Shown: one piece after another, positions 19,633-28,285 of the stretch
How positions within the stretch are numbered: the first letter of the stretch is position 1
How the letters are laid out: each line of letters opens with the position of its first letter
Source of the DNA: Acidobacteriota bacterium
Lineage (GTDB): Bacteria > Acidobacteriota > Thermoanaerobaculia > Gp7-AA8
Length of the DNA: 64,000 nt
Assembly (NCBI GenBank): GCA_019244185.1
Contig: JAFATB010000019.1
Coordinates: forward strand, 282,574 to 346,573
Direction of reading: 5' to 3'
The notes under the pieces: model-generated
What the model saw: only the letters and a program-made list of their open reading frames with translations
Told to the model about the DNA's origin: nothing
Databases searched by the model: none
Program-made: the position numbers and the translations under genes

Positions 19633-21003
19633 GTGCCGCGCGCGTATCGCCTGCTCGTCTTCCTGATCCTCGCGCTCGCGGCGATCGCTCCGCTCCGCAA
19701 CTACGATCTCTTCTGGCACCTGGCGACCGGTCGCTGGATCGTCGAGCATCGCGCGCTGCCGCTGCACGATCCGTTCGCGCTGGCGAGCGCGCGCGTGCCG
19801 TGGATCAACGGCGAGTGGCTGTTCGAGCTCGTCGCGTACGCGTTGCATGCGGTCGTGGGACTGGCGGGACTGTCGGTCGCGCGCGGCGTGCTGATGGCGC
19901 TCGTCTTCGCGCTCGCGTCCGACGGCACGCCGGCGTCGCTGCTGCTGTCGGCGATCGGCTTCGCCGGCGCGATGCCGTTGTTCGACTTTCGTCCGGCGTC
20001 GTTCGCGGCGCTGTTGGTGGTGCTGGCGATGCGCGCGAAGACGCCGCTCGCGCATGCGCTGGTCGCGCTGGTGTGGATCAACGTGCATCCGTCGGCGCTG
20101 CTCGCGCCGGTGATCGCGTTGTGTTTGACGCGCAACGCGAAGACGACGCTGGCGAGCTTCGCGGCGCTGTTCGTGAATCCGTTCGGGTACCGCGCGCTGC
20201 TCGCACCGCTGTCGCTGGCGTCCTTCGTGAGCGGCGGCGGATTCGTGAACGCGGAATGGCTTCCGAGTCCGCCGCTCGTCTTTCCGCTGCTCTACGTCAG
20301 CATCGTCGTCGCGCTGGTCGTCTTCGCGACGGCTGAGACGCGCGACGCGGGGCGACTGCTGCTGTTCGCGCTCTTCGCGTTTCTCGCCGTGCGCTACGCG
20401 CGCAACCAGCCGCTGTACTTTGCGGCGTTTCCGCTGCTCGTCGCGCCGCACGTGCGGCGCATTCCGGCGAAGCTCGCGTATGCCGCGGCGGCCGTCGTCG
20501 TCGCGTTTGCGGCGCTGGTGAGCGAGCATCGGCCGGGACTGATGCGCGGGCGTTTTCCGGTCGACGCGGTTGCACGTTTGAAAGCCTCGCCGCTGCGCGG
20601 GAACTTCTATAACGCCGACCAGTTCGGCGGATACCTGATCTGGTCGTTCTATCCGCAGCGGCGCGCGCTCGTCGACGGGCGCAACGAGCTGTATCGCGCG
20701 TTTCTCCCCGAGTACGCGCGTGCGCGAGAGGATCAGCGCGCGTGGAACGCGTTGCTGCGGAAGTACCGCGTCGATCTCGCCGTCGACGAATATCTCCCAC
20801 CGCTGCACGTCATCGACGCGGGCAGCGGACGCGCGCGCGATCTGCCGGCGTCGCTTGCGTATTGGCCGCGCCGCGACTGGGCGCTCGTCGCGTACGACGA
20901 CGCGGCGATGGTGTTCGCGCGGCGCGCGGCGTTCGGTGCGGAGTTGTCGAAGTGCGAGATCCGCGGCGTCGTGCCCGACGCGCGCGCGGAGCGAGATCGT
21001 TAA
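19633..21003 (+). CDS. Polytopic membrane protein, possible GT-C-like glycosyltransferase
   Basis: DLFWHLATGRWI after TM1, DPF..EWL, many TMs, C-terminal GGYLIW/DGRNELY soluble domain. Confidence 0.6.
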   Translation: MPRAYRLLVFLILALAAIAPLRNYDLFWHLATGRWIVEHRALPLHDPFALASARVPWINGEWLFELVAYALHAVVGLAGLSVARGVLMALVFALASDGTPASLLLSAIGFAGAMPLFDFRPASFAALLVVLAMRAKTPLAHALVALVWINVHPSALLAPVIALCLTRNAKTTLASFAALFVNPFGYRALLAPLSLASFVSGGGFVNAEWLPSPPLVFPLLYVSIVVALVVFATAETRDAGRLLLFALFAFLAVRYARNQPLYFAAFPLLVAPHVRRIPAKLAYAAAAVVVAFAALVSEHRPGLMRGRFPVDAVARLKASPLRGNFYNADQFGGYLIWSFYPQRRALVDGRNELYRAFLPEYARAREDQRAWNALLRKYRVDLAVDEYLPPLHVIDAGSGRARDLPASLAYWPRRDWALVAYDDAAMVFARRAAFGAELSKCEIRGVVPDARAERDR

Positions 21004-21306
21004 CTAGTTGACCATCTCGTGCGGCGAGGTGTAGCGCAGCTCTTCATCGGGCCAGCGCTGCTGCAGCACGCGGTCGAAGTGGGGACGCACGACGTTCTCG
21101 TAGCGGCGCTCGAAGCCGGGGAAGAGCTCGAGCACGGCCTTGCGCGCGCATTCGACCAGGCAGCGCGCCTCACGGTGCGAAACCGTGCGGTCGCTGCTGA
21201 TGAGATTGAGGGTGAGCTCGACGATCATGCGAACACGGCGCATTCTGCGGCGCTCGAAGAACGCGGAGGGATCCTCCGTGTGCGATTCGTGTTCGAATTT
21301 GGGCAT
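21004..21306 (-). CDS. Small hypothetical helical protein
   Basis: 100-aa ORF co-oriented with upstream genes; ARKAVLELFPG...PHFDRVLQQRW. Confidence 0.6.
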   Translation of the reverse strand: MPKFEHESHTEDPSAFFERRRMRRVRMIVELTLNLISSDRTVSHREARCLVECARKAVLELFPGFERRYENVVRPHFDRVLQQRWPDEELRYTSPHEMVN

Positions 21307-21381
21307 CGTAGTCACCCGCCACAAACCGGGCTTGCACGCGTTGCATTCCGGCAGTCAAAAAAGCAACTGCGCGCGTGCGAA

Positions 21382-22020
21382 TCAGGCGTGCTCGCGGTCG
21401 CCGTCGGCCCAGATCTCTTCGGCCACGACGTCGTCGACAAGTGACTCGTAGTAGCGGATCGCGCCGCGCGCGACGGCGTGCACGGAGACGTAGTTGAGCG
21501 CTCCGCCGGAAATCGCGCCGACGAACGGCACGAACTTCGTGAGGCGCTCGCGCAGGAAGCGCGCGCCGATCTTCTCCGCGATCATGCCGCCGTCGATCGT
21601 CGCCGAGCCGAGCATCGCCGCCACGCCCTGCTTCCCGATCCCCACGCCCGAGCCGAACGCGAGACACGACAGCGCCTCGGTGAACCGCTCGCGCCCATTC
21701 GGCTCGTGTCCATAGATCGTGGCGATGCCGACGACGAGGCGGAACTGCTGGTAGACGAGATAGGCGAGGTCGGCGCCGAGCGTGCCGATCGCGGCGAATC
21801 CGAGCGGCAGTCCGGTCACCGCGCCGGCCGCGGCGCAGCGGATGGCCGTGCGGCGCGCGAGCATGCGCGCGTGCTGCGCGGCGTCGAAGTCGGGCGCGGT
21901 GTCGCGCAGGTCGTCGATCTCGCGGCGCAGCTTCTCCATGTCGATCTCTTCGAAGAGAGACCGGAACACTTCTTCGAGCACGCCGTCCGCGCGGCGTTTC
22001 AGTTTCCGTGCGCTGACCAT
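21382..22020 (-). CDS. EcsC family protein
   Basis: GAVTGLP, ADL, IATIYG, FVPFVGAISGGALN motifs. Confidence 0.75.
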   Translation of the reverse strand: MVSARKLKRRADGVLEEVFRSLFEEIDMEKLRREIDDLRDTAPDFDAAQHARMLARRTAIRCAAAGAVTGLPLGFAAIGTLGADLAYLVYQQFRLVVGIATIYGHEPNGRERFTEALSCLAFGSGVGIGKQGVAAMLGSATIDGGMIAEKIGARFLRERLTKFVPFVGAISGGALNYVSVHAVARGAIRYYESLVDDVVAEEIWADGDREHA

Positions 22021-22037
22021 GGAGAGAACCGCGCTGC

Positions 22038-22343
22038 TCAATCGGCCGCCTTGCCGCCGCCGTCGCTCTTCGACTCGGACTTCGTCTCGCTCTTCGTTTC
22101 CGGCTTCGCGTCGCTCTTCGATTCGCTCTTGGACTCGCCCTTCGACGAGGACGCCTTCGAGCTCGAGCTCGCGTAGTCGGTCTTGTAGAACCCCGAGCCC
22201 TTGAACTGGATCGCGGGCGAGGAGATCAGCTTCTTCATCGTGCCGCCGCATTTCGGACAGTGCTCCAGCGGCGCATCGGAGATCGACTGCAGGATCTCCT
22301 GCCGCTCGCGGCAATCGTTGCACTGGTATTCGTAGATCGGCAT
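22038..22343 (-). CDS. FmdB family zinc-ribbon protein
   Basis: MPIYEYQCNDC...CPKCGG...FKGSGFYKTDY with Ser/Lys/Glu-rich tail. Confidence 0.92.
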   Translation of the reverse strand: MPIYEYQCNDCRERQEILQSISDAPLEHCPKCGGTMKKLISSPAIQFKGSGFYKTDYASSSSKASSSKGESKSESKSDAKPETKSETKSESKSDGGGKAAD

Positions 22344-22391
22344 CGCGATGGAGTAAACGTTGTGCGGAGGGTCTGCGATTTCAGCGCGGAT

Positions 22392-22994
22392 TCAAGAACC
22401 GAGCCGCCCGACGCGCGCGTCCGACGACTCTTCGGCAGCGAGCACTTTCCCGTCGCGGAAGTAGACGCCGGCGATGCCGCCGTCGCGCGTCCGGTAATAC
22501 CACGCTTCCATCGTCGCCTCGCCGCGCTCGCGGCGCACGGACCAGCCGGGCAGCGGCTTGCCGAGGAGCGAGGCTACTTCGTGCTGGGACATGCCTTTGG
22601 CGAGCGCGAGGAGCTTCGCGTGGGTCACGGCGAGCCGGTCGGCCGCGAGGGCCATGCCGCGGCGCGCGACGTCGTTGGCCGGATCGTGCGTGAGGATCGA
22701 CGAGTAGAGGCGGATCGCATCCTGATAGCGACCCATCGCGGCGAGGTCGCCCGCGAACTCGAGCTGCATGCGGATCCACACCTCGCGTGCGCGGCTGTGA
22801 TTCGGATGCTTGACGACGAACGCGCGCAGCGAGTCGGCGTAGAGCTGCTTGTGCGCGTTGGTCGCGCCCGGCGCGGCGGCGGCCTTCTTCTGATCGAGCA
22901 CGGTCCGCCACTCGGCCTGATGATCCGGCTGCGCGGCGTCATTGCCGCAGCGAAGCGCGACCAGAACGACACAAGCGAACGCGAACCGACGCAT
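22392..22994 (-). CDS. Exported TPR protein with C-terminal SmpA/BamE-like domain
   Basis: Signal/lipobox-like N-terminus; TPR; KGMSQHEVASLLGKP...WYY. Confidence 0.65.
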   Translation of the reverse strand: MRRFAFACVVLVALRCGNDAAQPDHQAEWRTVLDQKKAAAAPGATNAHKQLYADSLRAFVVKHPNHSRAREVWIRMQLEFAGDLAAMGRYQDAIRLYSSILTHDPANDVARRGMALAADRLAVTHAKLLALAKGMSQHEVASLLGKPLPGWSVRRERGEATMEAWYYRTRDGGIAGVYFRDGKVLAAEESSDARVGRLGS

Positions 22995-23080
22995 TGACGG
23001 ACAAGGTAGCACAGGTGAATAATCGCTGAGCTTTGCGACCGCCCGTTCGGGCGCGTCAACCCATAGCAACCGGAGGATTT

Positions 23081-24622
23081 ATGGCCGTGCGGGGCGAGGA
23101 AGTCGCGGGCTCGATCGACGCTCAGGTGCGCGAGTCGATCGAGAGGATGGTGTCCGAGATCCGCTCGTCCATCGAGGACGTCCGCGTCGCCGTCGACCAG
23201 CAGTTGAAGGCCGCCCTGCAAAGCGTCCAGGCCGACGTCAACTCGATCTCCTTCCTCCCGCAGATCCAGAAATCCATCACCGACCTCGAAGAGGCGATTG
23301 AAGCGGATCGCCCGCCCGTCGCCGCGGCCGCACCCGCGCAGGCGCCCGGCTCGGCCCGCGTGAAGAGCGCCGTGCAGGCCATCGAGCGCGGCAAGTCGCA
23401 GGTCGACGTGCTCAACGGCCTGCTCGAACAGGCGCTCGGCTTCGGCTCGCGCGCCGCGCTGCTCATCCTCCGCGGCGAGACCTTCAGCGGCTGGAAGGGC
23501 GTCGGCTTCTCCGCCTCCGGCGGCAACGACGAAATGGTGAAGCGCTTCAACGCCGCGCCCGGCCTCATCCCCGAGCTCGACCGCGTGCTGCGCAGCGAAC
23601 AGGTCGTCTCCTGGGACGGCGCCAACCTCTCCACGCGCCTCGGCGTCCCCGCATCCGCGCAGGCGGTCCTCGTGCCGATGGTGATCAAGGACAAGGTCGC
23701 CGCCGCCGTCTACGTCGACGCGGTCGAAACGGACGCGGAGAAGTTCGACCGCGCGTCGATCGAGCTGCTCGTCTTCACGACCGGTCTCCTCGTCGACACG
23801 CTCGCGATCCGCAAGAAGACGCCGTCGCCGAGCCTGTCGGATTCCGACGCGGAGCCGACCATCACCGGCAACGCGAACGCAACGCGCATCGCGGCGTCAC
23901 CCGTGCAGGCGCCCGCGCCTGCGCCTGCTCCAACTCCGGCACCCGCACCCGCTCCGCAACCCGCCGCTCCTGCTACACCGCCGCCCGCACCACCCACGCC
24001 TCCGCCCCCCGCGCCCGCGCGCGACGCCGCGGCGATTCCGACGCGCACGGATCCGGGCACGGTCGCGATCAACGCCGCGCAACTGCGCGAGCTGATGGCG
24101 GCGCAGCGTCCCGGCTTCAACGTTCCGTCCGCGGAAGACTTCGGCGGCGGAACGCCCGCGACCGCGAAGATGCCGGTCGCCGAACCGCCGCGTCCGACGC
24201 CTCCGCCGGCCGCTCCGACACCCGCACCCGCACCCGCACCCGCTCCCGCTCCCGCCGCCGCCGCGAGCGCCGCACCCGCGGCGGCGGAAGAACGCCCGTC
24301 GACGCAGTACATCCCGCCGCCGAATCTCGCGCGCGGCGGCGCGGGCGCCGGCGGCGCGGCGAGCGACGATGCGAAGAAGCACGACGAGGCGCGCCGCTTC
24401 GCGCGCCTGCTCGTCTCCGAGATCAAGCTCTACAACGAGACGAAGGTCGAGCAGGGACGCCGCAACAACGATCTCTACGAGCGACTCAAGGAAGACATCG
24501 ACCGCAGCCGCCAGATGTACGACGAGCGCATCAGCGACGACGTGCGCAAGGTGTCGAACTACTTCTACGACGAGCTGGTGCGCATCCTCGCCGACGGCCG
24601 CGCCGAGGCGCTCGGCCTGTAA
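23081..24622 (+). CDS. Hypothetical protein: N-terminal helix, GAF-like domain, Pro/Ala linker, C-terminal helical domain
   Basis: GGAGG SD; VLVPMVIKDKVAAAVYVD GAF-like strands; PA repeats; HDEARRFARLLVSEIKLYNE. Confidence 0.8.
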   Translation: MAVRGEEVAGSIDAQVRESIERMVSEIRSSIEDVRVAVDQQLKAALQSVQADVNSISFLPQIQKSITDLEEAIEADRPPVAAAAPAQAPGSARVKSAVQAIERGKSQVDVLNGLLEQALGFGSRAALLILRGETFSGWKGVGFSASGGNDEMVKRFNAAPGLIPELDRVLRSEQVVSWDGANLSTRLGVPASAQAVLVPMVIKDKVAAAVYVDAVETDAEKFDRASIELLVFTTGLLVDTLAIRKKTPSPSLSDSDAEPTITGNANATRIAASPVQAPAPAPAPTPAPAPAPQPAAPATPPPAPPTPPPPAPARDAAAIPTRTDPGTVAINAAQLRELMAAQRPGFNVPSAEDFGGGTPATAKMPVAEPPRPTPPPAAPTPAPAPAPAPAPAAAASAAPAAAEERPSTQYIPPPNLARGGAGAGGAASDDAKKHDEARRFARLLVSEIKLYNETKVEQGRRNNDLYERLKEDIDRSRQMYDERISDDVRKVSNYFYDELVRILADGRAEALGL

Positions 24623-24681
24623 GTAGCCGCTCGCGGCAATCGCGCCTTCAGCCACAACCCCTGAAGAAGCCTGGGGCAACC

Positions 24682-24705
24682 AGCGCAGCCGGCCGCGCCG
24701 GCCCG
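24682..24705 (+). repeat. Partial copy of the REP-like arm found at 27045-27188
   Basis: AGCGCAGCCGGCCGCGCCGGCCCG vs AGCGCTGCCGGCCGCGCCGGCCCG at 27156-27179 (one mismatch). Confidence 0.6.
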
Positions 24706-24736
24706 GCTGGCGTAGGGCTCGCACAGTGCCCAGACT

Positions 24737-27043
24737 GTGTTGCAGTTGCTGCGCGGCCGGCGGTGGATCGTGCTCGTCGTGGTGCTGGTGGTCATCGCCG
24801 GCATCGGCGTCGTCACGTTCCTGCAGCGCGGACGCCTCGTCAGCCCGCGCAAGGAAGCGAACGTCCCGCAGAAGCCGGAGGCGCCGCCCGATCTCGCGAA
24901 GCTGCGCGACGCGTTCACCGCGGGCGTCGAAGCGATGGCGCACGACGACGGCGCGGAAGCGGTCAAGCGCTTCTCGTCATTCACCTTCGGCAACCGCGCG
25001 GTCGAGGAGTACCGTCTCTACTATCTCGCAAACGCGTATCAGCTGACCGGCGACAGCGAACGCGCGCGCGTCACGCTGGCGGCGCTCTGGCGCCGCGATC
25101 CGCAACTCATCTACGCGCACGACGCCGCATTCAACCTCGCGAACCTCTACACCGCACTGGGCGACCGCGATCACGCCGCAGACGTCTACGCGACGCTGGC
25201 GCGACGCGCCGGCGAGCCCGCGGTGGCCGCGTCCGCGCGCTGGGCGACGACGGTCGCGCGCGTGCAGACCGGCGACGTCTCCGGCGCGTTCTTCGCCGCG
25301 CGCAACATCCTCATCGAGAGCCCGCGCGCGCCGGAGGCGGCGAACGCCGTCGCGTTCGTCCACGCCATCACCGGCACGACCGACAACGACCCGCTGCCGC
25401 TCACGCCGAGCGAGCGTGTCACGCGCGGCGTGGCATTCCTCGCCGCGGGCGATCCGCAGAACGCGCTCGATGAACTGAACCTCGTCGCGCCGTCCGCGCC
25501 GGCGTCGCTGCATCTGCAGGTCGAGCTGCAACGCGGCCTCGCGCTCAGTCAGCTGCGCCGCTACGAGGACTCGAACAAGATCCTCGAGCCGCTGACGTCC
25601 GTCTACTTCAAGTACTCGATCCCCGCGCTGCGCTGCGCCGCGCGCAACTACGCGATCCTCTCCGCGTCAATCGATCCGAATGTCAACAAAGTCATCAAGG
25701 AGAAGAAGCAGGTCGGCACGACGAAGGTGCGCGTCGGCAAAGGCAAAGCGAAGAAGACCGTCACGAAGCCGAAGTTCCAGACGGTCTCGAAGACCGTGAA
25801 GCTGGTCGATCTCGCGAAGAAGAAAAAGAAGGACGAATACGACCGCCTCGCGAGCGAGCGGCTCAAGGACCTGCTCTCGCTGCCGATCGACGACGACGTG
25901 CGCTTTGAGACGCTGAACGCGCTCGCCGACCGCGCCATCGCGAAAAACCAGATCGACTATCTCCAGCAGGTCGTGCCACAGATCGTGAAGCTCGACACGT
26001 TCGCCGATCCCGCGCTGCAGTATCTGTGGGACCGCGCCTGGGCCGCGTACACGCGCAGCGATCTCGCCGGCGCGCGCACGCAGTTCCGCTTCATCGCCGA
26101 TACCTACACGCAGGCCAACGTCCGCCGCCAATCCGAATACTGGTACGCGCGCACCGTCGAGCGCCTCGGCGGCAAGGCCGAAGCGGCGGCGATCTACCAG
26201 AAGCTCGCCAACGGGCCGTACGTCGATCTCTACGCGCGGCACTCCATCGCCCGCGGTGCGAAACGCGTGGATATCAAATCAAATCCGCTCGAGAAGCAGG
26301 GGGCCGACTGGCGCGAGATCGCCGAGAAGCAGATGCCGCGCGAGCTCGAGCTCGCGTACGAGCTGACCGCGCTCTCGTCGATGCGCGACGCGCTGCTCGA
26401 GACGCGCAAGAACACGAACCGCTCGAACACGCGCTTCGCCGAAGCGCTCATGGCCGACTACTACAACAGCACCAGCGACGAGCAGCTGATGTACCGCTCC
26501 CTCAAACGCGCGTGGCCGCAGCTCGCGACCGTCGATCAGGACACGGTGCCCGCCTACTTTTTGCGCATGTACTACCCGCTGCGCTACGGCGACGACATCG
26601 AGAAGTATTCGAAGAAGAACGGCGTCGATCCGAACGTCGTGCGCGGCCTCATCCTGCAGGAGAGCTACTACAACCCCGAGGCAAAGTCGGGCGTCGGCGC
26701 GACAGGCCTCATGCAACTTATGCCCGCCACCGCCGCTGAACACGCGCGCCATCTGCACGTGCCGTTCGCGACGTCACGTCTCGAGAATCCCACGGTCAAC
26801 GTGGAGCTCGGCACCTACCACCTGCGCATGCTGATGAATCTCTTCGGCGGCAACGTCGATCTCGCCGTCGCGTCCTACAACGCGGGGCAGGGCAACGTGA
26901 TGAAGTGGCGCCGCGCCGCGCCGCACAAGCCGATGGACGAGTTCCTCGAGTCGATCCCGTTCCCCGAAACCCGCAACTACGTGAAACGCGTGCGCATGCT
27001 GCAGAGTTCGTACGCTCGGATCAACGGAGAGGGAACGACGTAG
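24737..27043 (+). CDS. slt: Soluble lytic murein transglycosylase (Slt family) with TPR-like region and N-terminal anchor
   Basis: Catalytic QES, GLMQLMP, ASYNAG, ETRNYVK motifs. Confidence 0.88.
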   Translation: MLQLLRGRRWIVLVVVLVVIAGIGVVTFLQRGRLVSPRKEANVPQKPEAPPDLAKLRDAFTAGVEAMAHDDGAEAVKRFSSFTFGNRAVEEYRLYYLANAYQLTGDSERARVTLAALWRRDPQLIYAHDAAFNLANLYTALGDRDHAADVYATLARRAGEPAVAASARWATTVARVQTGDVSGAFFAARNILIESPRAPEAANAVAFVHAITGTTDNDPLPLTPSERVTRGVAFLAAGDPQNALDELNLVAPSAPASLHLQVELQRGLALSQLRRYEDSNKILEPLTSVYFKYSIPALRCAARNYAILSASIDPNVNKVIKEKKQVGTTKVRVGKGKAKKTVTKPKFQTVSKTVKLVDLAKKKKKDEYDRLASERLKDLLSLPIDDDVRFETLNALADRAIAKNQIDYLQQVVPQIVKLDTFADPALQYLWDRAWAAYTRSDLAGARTQFRFIADTYTQANVRRQSEYWYARTVERLGGKAEAAAIYQKLANGPYVDLYARHSIARGAKRVDIKSNPLEKQGADWREIAEKQMPRELELAYELTALSSMRDALLETRKNTNRSNTRFAEALMADYYNSTSDEQLMYRSLKRAWPQLATVDQDTVPAYFLRMYYPLRYGDDIEKYSKKNGVDPNVVRGLILQESYYNPEAKSGVGATGLMQLMPATAAEHARHLHVPFATSRLENPTVNVELGTYHLRMLMNLFGGNVDLAVASYNAGQGNVMKWRRAAPHKPMDEFLESIPFPETRNYVKRVRMLQSSYARINGEGTT

Positions 27044-27044
27044 A

Positions 27045-27188
27045 GGCCTCCGGCGGGCCGGCGCGGCCGGCGGCGCTAAGGGCCTAGCCCAGACGGACGT
27101 GCGGCTGCGCTGAACGTGCTGACTGCAGCCGCACGTGCGTACTGGCTATGCCCTTAGCGCTGCCGGCCGCGCCGGCCCGCCGGAGGCC
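27045..27188. repeat. Long imperfect inverted repeat (REP doublet/REPIN-like hairpin)
   Basis: 64-nt arms 27045-27108 and 27125-27188, 58/64 complementary, 16-nt loop, between convergent genes. Confidence 0.85.
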
Positions 27189-27200
27189 CCTCGGTCGTCC

Positions 27201-27797
27201 TTACGGTCGTCCACTCTTGTACTTGATCGAGCAGCCGAACTCGCGCGTCACGGGCGTGGCGACTTCGCGGCCGTCGAGGATTGCGGTGAGCGCGTTCGTG
27301 AGACCCGTCGTCTTCCGTTCCTCGGGGCGCGCGGAATCGTCGACGTAGCCGCGGTAGCGGACCACGCCGGTGCCGTCGACGACGTACACGTGCGGCGTCA
27401 CGCGTGCGCCGTACGCGCGGGCGATCGCGCTGTCGGCGTCCTTGAGGTACGGATACGGATACGACTTCGCCGTCGCGCGCGACTTCATGTTCGCGAGCGT
27501 CTCCTCGGGATACGCCATGTCGTCGTTCGAGTCGATCGCGTAGAAGCGCACGCCCTTCTGCTGGAACTGCTGCGCGATCTCGATGAGGCGCGGCTCGAAC
27601 GCCTTCGCGAACGGGCACTGATTGCAGGTGAAGAAGACCACTTTCAGCTGCCCGTCGTCGGGCTTCATCGCGACGGTCTTGCCGTCGATGGCGTTCACGA
27701 GCGAGAAGCGCGGCGCTTGGGCGCCGACGGCGAGTTGTTCCTGCGCGCAAGCGGCGCCGGCGACGAGCAGCAGGGAAAGCAGCAGAGCGTTTTTCAT
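27201..27797 (-). CDS. Exported thioredoxin/AhpC-TSA family redoxin
   Basis: Signal peptide; CNQCPF; YGARVTP; YRGYVDD; C-terminal GCSIK. Confidence 0.88.
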   Translation of the reverse strand: MKNALLLSLLLVAGAACAQEQLAVGAQAPRFSLVNAIDGKTVAMKPDDGQLKVVFFTCNQCPFAKAFEPRLIEIAQQFQQKGVRFYAIDSNDDMAYPEETLANMKSRATAKSYPYPYLKDADSAIARAYGARVTPHVYVVDGTGVVRYRGYVDDSARPEERKTTGLTNALTAILDGREVATPVTREFGCSIKYKSGRP

Positions 27798-28285
27798 CGA
27801 GTCCTCCTCAGCAGATCGCGCAGTCGCGCGATGAAGGCGTTACGTGCGACGGGTCCTTGATTGCGCCACAGCTCGTGGCCGGCGCGGTCGTAGACGATCG
27901 TGATCGGAATCTCGCCGGTGATGTGCAGGTGTTCGCCGAGGGCGTCGGCGTTGCCGGTGTAGTAGATATTGGGATAGCTGATTTTCTGCGCGTCGAGGAA
28001 CGACGCGACCGGCTTCGGCGTCGAATCGGGGAGCATGTCGTCGAGCGAGATGCCGGCGAAGGCGATCTCGTCGCCGAAGGCCGCGTCGGCGGCGCGGAGG
28101 TCCGGCATCTCCGCGACGCACGGCGCGCACCATGTCGCCCAGACGTTCAGCACGCGCAGCTTCGCGTTCGCGCGAAAGACGCTCGCCAGCTTCGCCGGAT
28201 CCTTCATCGGGCGCAGATCGGCCGCGTGCAGCGATGCCGCGCAGAGCACGGCGGCGAGCAGCGTCGCGTTACGGGATGTAGCCAT
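27794..28285 (-). CDS. TlpA-like thiol:disulfide oxidoreductase
   Basis: NVWATWCAPCVAEMP; cis-Pro IP motif. Confidence 0.88.
   Translation of the reverse strand: MATSRNATLLAAVLCAASLHAADLRPMKDPAKLASVFRANAKLRVLNVWATWCAPCVAEMPDLRAADAAFGDEIAFAGISLDDMLPDSTPKPVASFLDAQKISYPNIYYTGNADALGEHLHITGEIPITIVYDRAGHELWRNQGPVARNAFIARLRDLLRRTR

Noticed and set aside
23900-24290. CCCGCA/CCCGCT tandem repeats as a CRISPR or VNTR
   Set aside because: In-frame Pro-Ala linker coding; no spacers and no cas genes
24708-24723. GG-N10-GC upstream of slt (TGGCGTAGGGCTCGCA)
   Set aside because: Correct spacing but lacks TTGC and lies beside a GC-rich repeat; chance match is plausible
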